Source: Vicinamibacterales bacterium (GTDB lineage Bacteria > Acidobacteriota > Vicinamibacteria > Vicinamibacterales > UBA8438). From it: a stretch of DNA of 64,000 nt. Below are positions 18,354 through 27,156 of the stretch, piece after piece; within the stretch, counting starts at the first letter, position 1; each line of letters begins with the position of its first letter. A program made the position numbers and the translations under genes. A model generated the notes under the pieces. The model had not been told where the DNA came from and did no database searches. It saw only the letters and a program-made list of their open reading frames with translations. The stretch spans positions 855,594 to 919,593 of the forward strand of contig CBDANB010000007.1 in the NCBI GenBank assembly GCA_965197395.1, given 5' to 3'.

Positions 18354-19373
18354 CTACTGTTGTGAGCCCGCGGCGGCTTTCTCCTCGTCCGCCCGCGTGC
18401 CACCGAGGATGCCCGGCATCGAGTAGTTCCCCTCGTGGCAGGCGTACTCGAACAGCGGCGCGTCGGTGCGCCGCATCGGCAGCTCGACGGTCCACGGATC
18501 CGCCCAGGTGTTCAGATCGGTCACCGTGAAAGTGTATTGGAGCGTGTCGTCGTCGAGGCGCTGGAACCGCTCGACCAACGTCATGCTCTCTGTCGACTTC
18601 GTGCCCGGGGCCCCCGCCCCGCCGAGCGGGATCCACTCCCGCTGCTTGTTGAAGTTCGCGGTCTCGACGACCAGCGTGTCGCCCTCCCAGTGGCCACGCG
18701 AATCCCCGACCCAGAGGCGGATGGTCTGGTCGAGCATCGGACGACCATCGAGCGGAATGACGCGCGGCGTGTGCACCATCTCGGTGTAGACCACCACGTA
18801 GTCCTCGGTCTGAAAGAGCTGCATGTTCTGGTTGTAGGCGAGCGGCGTGATGGGCGGTCCGGCGTTGAATCCCACGATGCACCGGTCGGACGTGTTCCGA
18901 TCCAGGTAGGTGTCCGCGGGATGATCTGCCAGATACGCCTGGCGCGCATCGGCCAGCCGCTGTCCCTCAGCGGTCAGCGCCGGCAGTCTTCCGTTCGGTG
19001 GATCGATGATCAGCGACGTGCGTCGCGTCTCGATCGGTTTTGTCCCCTGGTCCATCCAGAAGTTGTTGTAGCCGCCGACGTTCCCGCCCGCCTCGGTCGT
19101 CCGGCGGTCCGCCTCGAACAAGCGGATCGCGCGGTCCACCGCCTCTTGCTCGGCACTCGCCGCTTCCTCCTCGGTCAGGAACTCCTGATCTCCGAGCTCC
19201 TCAGGTCGTTGGAGCGGTGTGATGGTGCGGAAATCCCAGATGCCCTGGAGGTCCGGTTGCCCCCACGGCAGGCGGGGCGCCGGGGCGTCAGTCGATTGGC
19301 CGGCCACCGACACGGGCACGAGTGCCAGGGCCGCGATCACCATGCATGCCGCGGCAAGATGTCTATGACTCAT
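18354..19373 (-). CDS. Secreted conserved hypothetical protein, PDLQG-W...ACHEGNY family, paralogue 1
   Basis: Signal peptide; PDLQGIWDFRT, DRCIVGFNAGPP, HTPRVIPLDG, FEYACHEGNY. Confidence 0.85.
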   Translation of the reverse strand: MSHRHLAAACMVIAALALVPVSVAGQSTDAPAPRLPWGQPDLQGIWDFRTITPLQRPEELGDQEFLTEEEAASAEQEAVDRAIRLFEADRRTTEAGGNVGGYNNFWMDQGTKPIETRRTSLIIDPPNGRLPALTAEGQRLADARQAYLADHPADTYLDRNTSDRCIVGFNAGPPITPLAYNQNMQLFQTEDYVVVYTEMVHTPRVIPLDGRPMLDQTIRLWVGDSRGHWEGDTLVVETANFNKQREWIPLGGAGAPGTKSTESMTLVERFQRLDDDTLQYTFTVTDLNTWADPWTVELPMRRTDAPLFEYACHEGNYSMPGILGGTRADEEKAAAGSQQ

Positions 19374-19392
19374 GTGGATCCTCCTCTGTAAC

Positions 19393-19504
19393 TAGACGGG
19401 GCTTCGCCCCGAACCCCACGCGGACGCTTCGTGGGGACCCCGAGAGCCCCACTCCGCGACCGCGAGGCGCGCTGTGCGCGCCTTGGTCGTGTGCCGACAG
19501 TCTA
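19393..19504. repeat. About 112-bp palindromic repeat, family A
   Basis: TAGACGGGGCTTCGCCCCGAACCCC...GGCGCGCTGTGCGCGCC...GTCTA; homologous to 21225-21282, 59012-59570 and 62298-62400. Confidence 0.8.
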
Positions 19505-19753
19505 CAAGAAGTGCGACATCTGGTTCGTGCCGCACCGGATACTCATTTTGGACCCGAACGCCGGCTCCCGCAGCAGTGTCTGCACGCTCTCGGCGTCCAG
19601 GGCCTTGATTGCCGCGATCAGGGGGAGGTCGCGCGCGCTGGCCGACAGGCCGGCGACGGAGAGCAGCAGCGCGAGCGCCGCGCCGCACAGGCGCCGAACA
19701 TACAGATGCACGATCGCGAATTGTACCAAAAGCGGATGGTGCAGGATCCGCAA
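19502..19753 (-). pseudogene. Signal peptide plus first repeat of an ankyrin protein, truncated
   Basis: ALALLLSVAGLSASARDLPLIAAIKALDAESVQTLL resembles the 52792 ankyrin N-terminus (PLIDAVKALD). Confidence 0.55.
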
Positions 19754-19838
19754 TCCGACGTACGATCGGAGGTCGTCGATCGAGCGGTCGACTCTCGCCT
19801 AACCCCAGAACCCCCACGTGAGTTCTGGGGTTAACGTC

Positions 19839-21116
19839 ATGCCACCGCCACTTGAGTATCCAAGGGAGGTCTGCTTTTCCTGCACCGAATGCGGGGACTG
19901 CTGTCGGTCCTGGGACGTCCTGGTCGGGCCTGGGGAGCGCGACCGGCTCGCGGCCCTTGAATGGCACGGGCGCGAGGCGGACCTGGACGGCGCCCGCGTG
20001 GTGGAACCGGTCGGTGGCGACGCGTCTCGGGGGCGCGAGCGTCTGGCCCGCAGAGTGGACGGCGCCTGCGTCTACCTTGGCGCGGAGAACCAGTGTCGGA
20101 TCCACCAGCACTTCGGCGAGGGGGCGAAGCCGCTCCTGTGTCGCCTGTATCCCTTCAGCTTCTATCCGATGGGGGAGCGGGCGTCGGTCGACGTCTCGTT
20201 CTATTGCCGCTCGGTCAGCCAGGGCGATGGCGCGCCGATCGGGACGCGTCTCGGAGAGTGGACCCGTCTGCTCGCGTCGCGGGATCTCACCGACACGCGC
20301 CAACACGAACTGCGAGCCAATGTGCGGGTCGACGGTGCGTTGGTCTGGCAGATCGAGCACCACCTCTTGCAGTTCCTGAAGGACGCCTCGCTGACGTTGA
20401 TCGAGCGCGTGCGCTGCGTCCTGCAGTTCGTGCGGCTGGCGACGACGGGGGATCCGGATCAGCCGACCGCGTCGGCCTTGCGGGTCGCCATGGCGAAAGG
20501 CATCCCGCTCCAGGTGCGCGGCGCGCCCCTCGAGGCGGTGATGGACAAGACGCAGCGGGCGATCTTTTACCAGTGGCTCTCTCTCGCGCTCAACCCCGCG
20601 CCCGCGTCGTTCCACACGCTCTCATCCGTGGAGCAGGCGCAGGTGCGCGACGCGCGCGAACGGGCCGGGCGGCGGTATCGGGACCGCGCCGGCCGGCCAC
20701 ACGTGGACGGCGTCGAGCTGGAGGTCGATTTCGAACGTATCGCGTCGGTGGACACCGGTCTGTTCACCGAGAATGACTGCGCCCCGCTCCGGGATTTCCT
20801 CTGTGCCAAGATCGTCGGGCAGAAGTTCCTCATCGCGGGCGAGGACGAGCTGCCGCTCGTCGAGGCCACCCTCAGATTCCTTCTTTCGGTGCCAATGACC
20901 ATCTGGACGGCCAAGGCGCTGGCGGCCGAACGCGGTATGACCGCGGTCGAGGAGTCCGACCTGCGCCAGGCGATCCGCCTCATCGATCGCACGCTCGGTC
21001 AGATCTCCACGTCGCTGCTCCCTCGCAAGCAGCGCGAGGCGTATGACTGGGTCATGCTCGAGACCGACCTGGTGGAGGCAGCAACCGCCGACCTGCTCGT
21101 AGCTGGTAACAGGTGA
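19839..21116 (+). CDS. YkgJ/FliB-like cysteine-cluster protein with long helical C-terminus
   Basis: FSCTECGDCCR, CVYL...CRIH...KPLLCRLYPF. Confidence 0.8.
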   Translation: MPPPLEYPREVCFSCTECGDCCRSWDVLVGPGERDRLAALEWHGREADLDGARVVEPVGGDASRGRERLARRVDGACVYLGAENQCRIHQHFGEGAKPLLCRLYPFSFYPMGERASVDVSFYCRSVSQGDGAPIGTRLGEWTRLLASRDLTDTRQHELRANVRVDGALVWQIEHHLLQFLKDASLTLIERVRCVLQFVRLATTGDPDQPTASALRVAMAKGIPLQVRGAPLEAVMDKTQRAIFYQWLSLALNPAPASFHTLSSVEQAQVRDARERAGRRYRDRAGRPHVDGVELEVDFERIASVDTGLFTENDCAPLRDFLCAKIVGQKFLIAGEDELPLVEATLRFLLSVPMTIWTAKALAAERGMTAVEESDLRQAIRLIDRTLGQISTSLLPRKQREAYDWVMLETDLVEAATADLLVAGNR

Positions 21117-21224
21117 ATCGGCGGTCGCCACCCGTTGTGCTTGACACGACCGCCGTGCCGCAGAAGGGCCTCTTCGGGTAACTTCGGCCGTTGCGGCCGA
21201 AACGAGAATCTCGTACTTGTTATC

Positions 21225-21282
21225 GACCGTCGGCAAACGGCCAAGGCGCGCACGGCGCGCCTCGCGGGCGCGGAGCGGGGCT
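21225..21282. repeat. Half copy of repeat family A
   Basis: GACCGTCGGCAAACGGCCAAGGCGCGCACGGCGCGCCTCGCGGGCGCGGAGCGGGGCT. Confidence 0.7.
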
Positions 21283-21299
21283 ACCAACCCATGGTGCAC

Positions 21300-21779
21300 G
21301 TGCCGCTGCATTCGACCGCCGATGCATCCCGCCGTGCGGCGGTGCTCGCGATGTTCGGGGGCCACACGGCGGCCGAGCCGATCGGACACGACGGGCCGTG
21401 GCAGGTGGGGGAGTTCTCCTGGAACGAGCTTGCCACGCCAGATCCCGCGGCGGCGTGCGACTTCTACGTCGGCCTGTTCGACTGGGTGAAGACCGACGCG
21501 ATGGACATGGGGCCCGACGGGACGTATCAGCTGTTCGGCCGCTCGACGGAGCGCTCGATGGGCGGCATCTTCAAGAAACCGGCCGGGCAGCCGGGACCGC
21601 CGGAGTGGTTGCATTACATCCACGTCGACAACGTCGACGGAAAAGTCGGCCAGGTGAAAGAGCTCGGCGGCCAGGTGCTGAACGGACCGATGGACGTGCC
21701 GGGCGGTGATCGGGTTGCCAAGTGCATGGATCCGCAGGGCGCCGCCTTCGCGATCCACGCGTCCGCCCAGGCGAGCTAG
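21300..21779 (+). pseudogene. VOC/glyoxalase family protein; only the second domain is intact
   Basis: GEFSWNELATPD...WLHYIHVDNVD...PMDVPGGDRVAKCMDPQGAAFAI; the first domain is missing after the repeat. Confidence 0.7.
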
Positions 21780-21801
21780 CTGCTGGCTGCGGTCGCCGTT
21801 C

Positions 21802-21850
21802 GTAGGGCAAGGCTTCAGCCTGACCACGCAGGCCTGAAGGCCTGCGCTAC
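21802..21850. repeat. GTAG-type REP doublet (family B)
   Basis: GTAG-hairpin...hairpin-CTAC: GTAGGGCAAGGCTTCAGCCTG...GCAGGCCTGAAGGCCTGCGCTAC. Confidence 0.75.
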
Positions 21851-21884
21851 GACGCCGGGAGGGTCGCGTTCGCTCGTCCGGCGG

Positions 21885-22391
21885 TCAGCTGGCCCGCTGC
21901 GCCATCACGAGCTCCGCGGGACCGGGCAGGCCGATCGACTTGCGGACCGCCCCGAGGGCGCCCATGTGATACGCCTCGTGAAACACGAAGAAGGCGACGG
22001 CGTCGAGCACTGAACGTCCCGCGTGTGGCCCGGGACCCGCCGCCGCGCCGCGAACCGTCGCCTCGGTCGCGACGTCCAGAGCCTGCAGGAGCTCCGATCG
22101 GGTCTGCTCCCATCCGTCCCGGAACTCCGCCACCGTCGGGTAGTCCGACCCATCCGTCGCGCTCGTCGTCGAGAATGCCGCGACAAAGGGACTCTCCTTC
22201 GGAATGCCGAGGAGCTGGATGAGCTGGCATCGGTAAGCCAACATATGGCCGACCTCCCAGGCGATCGACGGTCCCTCGCCGTCACGGGTGCGCTGGCGCG
22301 ATTGCGCATCGGACACGTCGCCGAGGACCAGCGGCAACAGCATGTCGGTCGTGCCGAGGCTGGCTGCCACGGATTCGAGCCTCGGGATCAT
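21885..22391 (-). CDS. DinB-family protein
   Basis: SIAWEVGHML and FHEAYHMGAL His motifs. Confidence 0.8.
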   Translation of the reverse strand: MIPRLESVAASLGTTDMLLPLVLGDVSDAQSRQRTRDGEGPSIAWEVGHMLAYRCQLIQLLGIPKESPFVAAFSTTSATDGSDYPTVAEFRDGWEQTRSELLQALDVATEATVRGAAAGPGPHAGRSVLDAVAFFVFHEAYHMGALGAVRKSIGLPGPAELVMAQRAS

Positions 22392-22415
22392 TGGACTCCT
22401 CCTGCTGACGTCGGG

Positions 22416-23453
22416 CTACTTCGGGAGTGGGCTCGTCGGCGCGCCGGATGGCCACCGGCGGGTCAGCGCTTGTTTCGCGGATTGAATCCGCCGTCCGTTC
22501 TCCTCGTACGACAACGGCACGGTCTGGTCGACGCGCGCCGGATACGACGACGTGCGATAGACCTCGTATGCCTCGGTCCGGAGGTGCGCCAGCATGTGAT
22601 GTCCGACACGCGTCTCTCGTTCGTGACGGAGTGCCGAGACATCCACCGGCGCCACGACGATCCGTTCACCCGGTCCCGGTGACGCCTCCGCGAGGAGGCG
22701 GCCGTCGAAATCCACGACCTGAGACCCGCCCGGCCAGGAATACGGCGGGTAGTGGCGAAGGCTGGCGCCCTGGTTGGCCGCCACCACGTACGCGAGGTTC
22801 TCCAGCGCCCGTGTGCGGTTGACGAGCGTCCACCAGGCCATCGGCTCCGTCGCGCCCCACGGATCCATGTAGGCCGAGACCCGCACGAGGATCTCCGCGC
22901 CGTTTGCGGTCAACTGGCGCAGCACCTCGGGGAACAGCCAGTCGTAGCAGGTGGCGCAGCCGATGCGACCGATCGGTGTCTCCGCGACGGGGAACAGCGG
23001 CTCGTCGTAGCCCGGCAGATCGTGCGGGCTCGTGTGCACCTCGTATGGAATCCAGGTGTTCACCTTTCGGTACTTATAGAGGATGCCGCCGGGGCCGATC
23101 AGGCAGGTCGTGTTGAACACGGCGCCGGGCCACTTCGGGTCCTCCTCGAGCATCGACCCGCTCTGGATATAGACGCCGTGCTCGCGCGCCTTCTCGGTCA
23201 ACCGCTCCGTATGCTCGTTCGGGACCGGCACACTCAGCGTGCGCAGCAGCTCGGCGACGGTCGGGAACACTGGCGCGGCGTGCGCGAACTCTGGAAAGAC
23301 GACCAGTTTCACCGGCAGAAACGGCGCGCTCCCGCCGACGGCCGAGTCGACCATGCTCAACATGCGGTCGGTGCTCGAGCGCATCTGGCGCCGGTCGACC
23401 GGATTGACCAGGTCGGTCTGGCAGGCAGCGACGGCATACCGGATGTGCTCCAC
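22416..23453 (-). CDS. Nitrilase/carbon-nitrogen hydrolase (amidase-like)
   Basis: E-K-C triad: VFPE, YRK, TCYDWLFPE. Confidence 0.9.
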   Translation of the reverse strand: MEHIRYAVAACQTDLVNPVDRRQMRSSTDRMLSMVDSAVGGSAPFLPVKLVVFPEFAHAAPVFPTVAELLRTLSVPVPNEHTERLTEKAREHGVYIQSGSMLEEDPKWPGAVFNTTCLIGPGGILYKYRKVNTWIPYEVHTSPHDLPGYDEPLFPVAETPIGRIGCATCYDWLFPEVLRQLTANGAEILVRVSAYMDPWGATEPMAWWTLVNRTRALENLAYVVAANQGASLRHYPPYSWPGGSQVVDFDGRLLAEASPGPGERIVVAPVDVSALRHERETRVGHHMLAHLRTEAYEVYRTSSYPARVDQTVPLSYEENGRRIQSAKQALTRRWPSGAPTSPLPK

Positions 23454-23474
23454 ATTCCCCTCCGGTCGACCGCG

Positions 23475-26400
23475 CTAGCGCGCGGTTTCGACGAGCGGCA
23501 CCGAGCGGACGACGGCCCGTGTGTTGTACGTCTCCTGATACCGCCGGTGCTCGGACGTCTCCGGGTAGTGCTCGCCCTCGCCATACGGATAGCTGGTCAT
23601 CCGGTGGAACGGCAGCGGCTCGACGGCATCGGGGCTCGCGGAGTTGATGTCCATCTCCTTGCTGAAGCCGTCGGCCCGCAGGAGGAAGGTGCGCGTCCAT
23701 CCGTCCGGGAGTGGTTCGAGCGTTGTCGCGGAAAACTCGATCGCAACCTCGTCGCCGTCGCGCGTCACGACGAACATGTCGTCCGAGCCGGTCAGCAGGT
23801 CGAGGACGTCGCCGGCGCGGGTGTAGCGACCGGTCATCGTTTTCCACGGTGAGGCCGGCGTGACGCGCGCGTAGTCGTAGATGGGCGGTTCGCTGTCGTC
23901 TGGTCGCAACTCTGCCGAGAACCCGCGCGGGCGCAGCGTCCCGCTGCGCGGCTCCAGCCGGGTCATGCGGACGTGTTCAGTCGACGTGCCACGCCCGACG
24001 AGGATCTGATCCCAGTAGATGCGCATGTTGGTCACGATGCGCACCTGTCGTTCGCCGGCGCGGAGGTCGGCGGAGAGATCGACGGCGATCGTCTGTGGCC
24101 GGCCAACCGGAATGCCGATGCTGGCGTTGGCCGCGCGCCACCGTCCGTTGCCGCCCTTGATCTCGAGTGACGGCGCCGCGGCCGTCACGCCTGCCTGATG
24201 TGCCGCGACGTTGTCGCTCGAGAACGCGTAGTCGGTCCACCCGGTCAACAGGAGCACGGCGGGCCGTGGGGCGTCTCCCAGATCGAGGGTCAGCGTGTGC
24301 GGTTCGGCGTGGCCGCGGAACGGCGCGAGCGCGAAGCCGTCGGCGTAGCGCCGGTCGAGCTGGGCGATCCGTTCCCTCACGTCGTGCCCGCCGTCGTCGA
24401 TCGCGCCGGCCGGCGCGCGCAGGTCCTTGACGGCATGCATCCGGAACGATTTCGGCGGATCGGTCATCCCCTCGTTGGGAAACAGCTTCATGTCGCGCGG
24501 ATGCGCGAGCACCATGAGCTCGACCTGATCGAGGAAAAACGCCTCTTCGAGCTCGTTTGTAACACGCAGCTCGAACACACCGTCGCGCGGCTGGAGCTGG
24601 TCCGCGCGAATCCGCACGTACTCCACGGGGTCGGGCGTGTTGTAGACGCCCGGGCCGTGCCAGTACCCCATCTCGCCGCCACCGAGGAAATCGGTCACGA
24701 ACTCGAACCGCGTCCCGTTCCACGTATAGAGGAACGGACACGAGGATGGCTTGCGGTCGAGCTCCCGCACCAAGAGGGGCGAAGAGATGAGGGCGGGCGG
24801 CGCTGCTGGCCCAGTGGGCTCGCTGCCCTCGGGCAACTCAGCGACCTCGGCCTGGAGGGTGCCCGACGGCCAGAGCAGGCGCACGACATCCGCGCCCGGA
24901 CGCTCGCCAAGGCCGAATACGAGGTCAGCCGGCGCGACGGCCGGCGCGGCCGCCGAGGTCTCGAGTCTGCTGCTCAAGCTGCCGGCGCGCAGCTGAACCT
25001 TCGCCCCGACGCCCAGCCGGTTGCTCGCCAGCCCGGCGAGCTGGACACGCAGCGATCGGTTGGGCGACTCTCCGGCGTTGCCGAAAAATGACACCGTCTG
25101 CGGTCCGGCGGCGACAAGGTCCGTGTCGCCATCGACATCGAAGTCGGACACCGCGAGCGTATGGGCGGAGCTGAAGACCGCGGTGTCGATCGGACCGAGC
25201 CCCGCGGCGTCGGTCACGTCCGTCCACTCCTGTCCAAGGTTGCGCACGAGCCTGGGACCGTCGGCGGACCACACCACCAGATCGAGCAGGCCGTCGTTGT
25301 CGTAGTCGAGCAGCTGTGCGGCGGTCGCCGCCCGTGTGGCATCGGGCGCGGGGGTCGTCGTGAAGCCGCCACGTCCATCGCTCAGCGCGAACAGCCCGCC
25401 GCCGGCGCGGGCGAAGAAGAAATCCGGGTAGTCGTCCTTGTTGAGGTCTGCGGCCGCCACCGCGGCGACCGGGTCGCTTCCGTCGAGGCCCGCCAGCCCG
25501 ACCTCGGCCGCCACGTCACGAAAGGTCCCATCGCGAAGGTTGGTGAAGAGCCGCGGCGGCGCATCGCGATTGACGATGAGGAGATCGATGTCGCGGCGAT
25601 TGTCGAAATCGGTGGGGACGAGCGCGACGACGTGACCGCGCGACTCGAGCAGCGCGTCGGTGGTGATCTCCGTGAACGTGCCATCTTGGTTGTTCTGGAG
25701 CAGCGACAGCGGCGCGGGTGCGAACTCGCCGGGAAAGACGGCGCCCGCGTCCCCGACCGCGTCACGGGTGGCGTCGAGATCGGCCCAGCCGGCAATCACG
25801 ATGTCGACGTCGCCGTCGTGGTCGATATCGGTGAACGCCGCCGAGCTCGGGAGATACGGATACGGCGGGAAGCTCGCCGCGTCCGTCACATCCGTGAACC
25901 GGCCGTTGCCGTCGTTCCGATACAGGCTGCTGCCTCCGTAACGCAGCACGAACAGATCGGGCGCATCGTTGTTGTCGAAGTCGGCCGCGATCGCCCCGAT
26001 CGGCACCGTGTCCGGCGGTGCGCTCCCCAGGCCGGCCTCCGCGGTCACGATGGTCCACGTCTCCGCCCCGTCGTTGCGGAGGAGCTGCTGCCCCTCCGCC
26101 GACGTGAGGAAGAGATCGAGATCGCCGTCGGTGTCCACATCGATCGGGGTGACCCCGCCGCTGAGCGAGGCGGCGAGCGCGCGCGACCCCGCCGCCGTCA
26201 GCTCGTCGGCCCCGAAGCGGCGCCCGAACGGTGACGGCGCGGCCACCCCCCGCGGGAGGTCAGCCGCGATCGGCGTCACGGTGAAGGTGGCGGACGGCGG
26301 TGCGCGGTCGACGAGCTCCGGTTCCGCGCCGGTCGATGCGATCGCCTCGGCGTAGCGGCCTGCCTCGAGATACCCGGCGCCGAACGTCACCGCGTATCCG

Positions 26401-27149
26401 GTCGCACGCAGCGCCTGCGCCTGCTCCAGCAACTGCTGGCCTTCGTCGGTTTCCCCGCTCCGCGCGAGGGTGAGTCCGAGGCTGTAAGCGGCGGTGATGT
26501 TATACGGCTCCTCGGCAACGGCGAGGCGCAGCCGTTCGGCCGCGTCGACGTAGTTGCGTGCCTCGAGGTGGATCTGTCCGAGGTAGATGTTGGTGCCGAC
26601 GTCACCCGGGTCCTGCTGCTGGACCTCGGCGAACCAGCCGAGCGCGTCGTCTGGGCGGTTCTCCGCGCGCGCGATCAACCCGAGCAGATACGTCGGCTGC
26701 GGCGACGACGGCAGCTGACTCGCGGCCTCGGTCGCGGCCATCGTCGCGCCCTCGAAGTCCTGGTCGTAATAGAGCGCGAGGGCAAGATTGATGCGCGCGA
26801 TGGCCAGGGTATCGTCGAGGCCGAGCGCGTCGCGAAACGCCGTCGCCGCGGCGGGGTAATCGAACTGCTCCAGGCGCGCGATGCCGCGATTGTTGGCGCG
26901 ATGGGCGTCCTCACGCGGTCCGAGCTGGACCGCGTCATCACCGCCGCACGCGACGCCGGCCAGGACCAGCATCATCGCCGCGCGCGCGGCGTTCCGGCCG
27001 ATCGTCGTCCCCGGCGCGCGCGCGGCGTGTCGGTCGATCATCGTCCCCCGCGCGGGCGCGGCGTGTCGGTCGATCATCGTCCCCCGCGCGGGCGCGGCGT
27101 GTCGGTCGATCATCGTCCCCCGCGCGGGCGCGGCGTGTCGGTCGATCAT
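23475..27149 (-). CDS. Large TPR + FG-GAP/CRTAC1 + ASPIC/UnbV lipoprotein
   Basis: LAGVAC lipobox, TPRs (NNRGIARLEQFDY), DxDxDGDxD repeats, GVGAKV...VFGLG, SSCPFLYTWNG C-terminal domain. True start uncertain because of the 36-bp repeat. Confidence 0.85.
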   Translation of the reverse strand: MIDRHAAPARGTMIDRHAAPARGTMIDRHAAPARGTMIDRHAARAPGTTIGRNAARAAMMLVLAGVACGGDDAVQLGPREDAHRANNRGIARLEQFDYPAAATAFRDALGLDDTLAIARINLALALYYDQDFEGATMAATEAASQLPSSPQPTYLLGLIARAENRPDDALGWFAEVQQQDPGDVGTNIYLGQIHLEARNYVDAAERLRLAVAEEPYNITAAYSLGLTLARSGETDEGQQLLEQAQALRATGYAVTFGAGYLEAGRYAEAIASTGAEPELVDRAPPSATFTVTPIAADLPRGVAAPSPFGRRFGADELTAAGSRALAASLSGGVTPIDVDTDGDLDLFLTSAEGQQLLRNDGAETWTIVTAEAGLGSAPPDTVPIGAIAADFDNNDAPDLFVLRYGGSSLYRNDGNGRFTDVTDAASFPPYPYLPSSAAFTDIDHDGDVDIVIAGWADLDATRDAVGDAGAVFPGEFAPAPLSLLQNNQDGTFTEITTDALLESRGHVVALVPTDFDNRRDIDLLIVNRDAPPRLFTNLRDGTFRDVAAEVGLAGLDGSDPVAAVAAADLNKDDYPDFFFARAGGGLFALSDGRGGFTTTPAPDATRAATAAQLLDYDNDGLLDLVVWSADGPRLVRNLGQEWTDVTDAAGLGPIDTAVFSSAHTLAVSDFDVDGDTDLVAAGPQTVSFFGNAGESPNRSLRVQLAGLASNRLGVGAKVQLRAGSLSSRLETSAAAPAVAPADLVFGLGERPGADVVRLLWPSGTLQAEVAELPEGSEPTGPAAPPALISSPLLVRELDRKPSSCPFLYTWNGTRFEFVTDFLGGGEMGYWHGPGVYNTPDPVEYVRIRADQLQPRDGVFELRVTNELEEAFFLDQVELMVLAHPRDMKLFPNEGMTDPPKSFRMHAVKDLRAPAGAIDDGGHDVRERIAQLDRRYADGFALAPFRGHAEPHTLTLDLGDAPRPAVLLLTGWTDYAFSSDNVAAHQAGVTAAAPSLEIKGGNGRWRAANASIGIPVGRPQTIAVDLSADLRAGERQVRIVTNMRIYWDQILVGRGTSTEHVRMTRLEPRSGTLRPRGFSAELRPDDSEPPIYDYARVTPASPWKTMTGRYTRAGDVLDLLTGSDDMFVVTRDGDEVAIEFSATTLEPLPDGWTRTFLLRADGFSKEMDINSASPDAVEPLPFHRMTSYPYGEGEHYPETSEHRRYQETYNTRAVVRSVPLVETAR

Positions 27150-27156
27150 CGTCCCC
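27013..27156. repeat. 36-bp tandem repeat, 4 copies plus a degenerate copy, spanning the 27146 stop/start junction
   Basis: GATCATCGTCCCC at 27036, 27072, 27108, 27144; encodes MIDRHAAPARGT. Confidence 0.95.
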
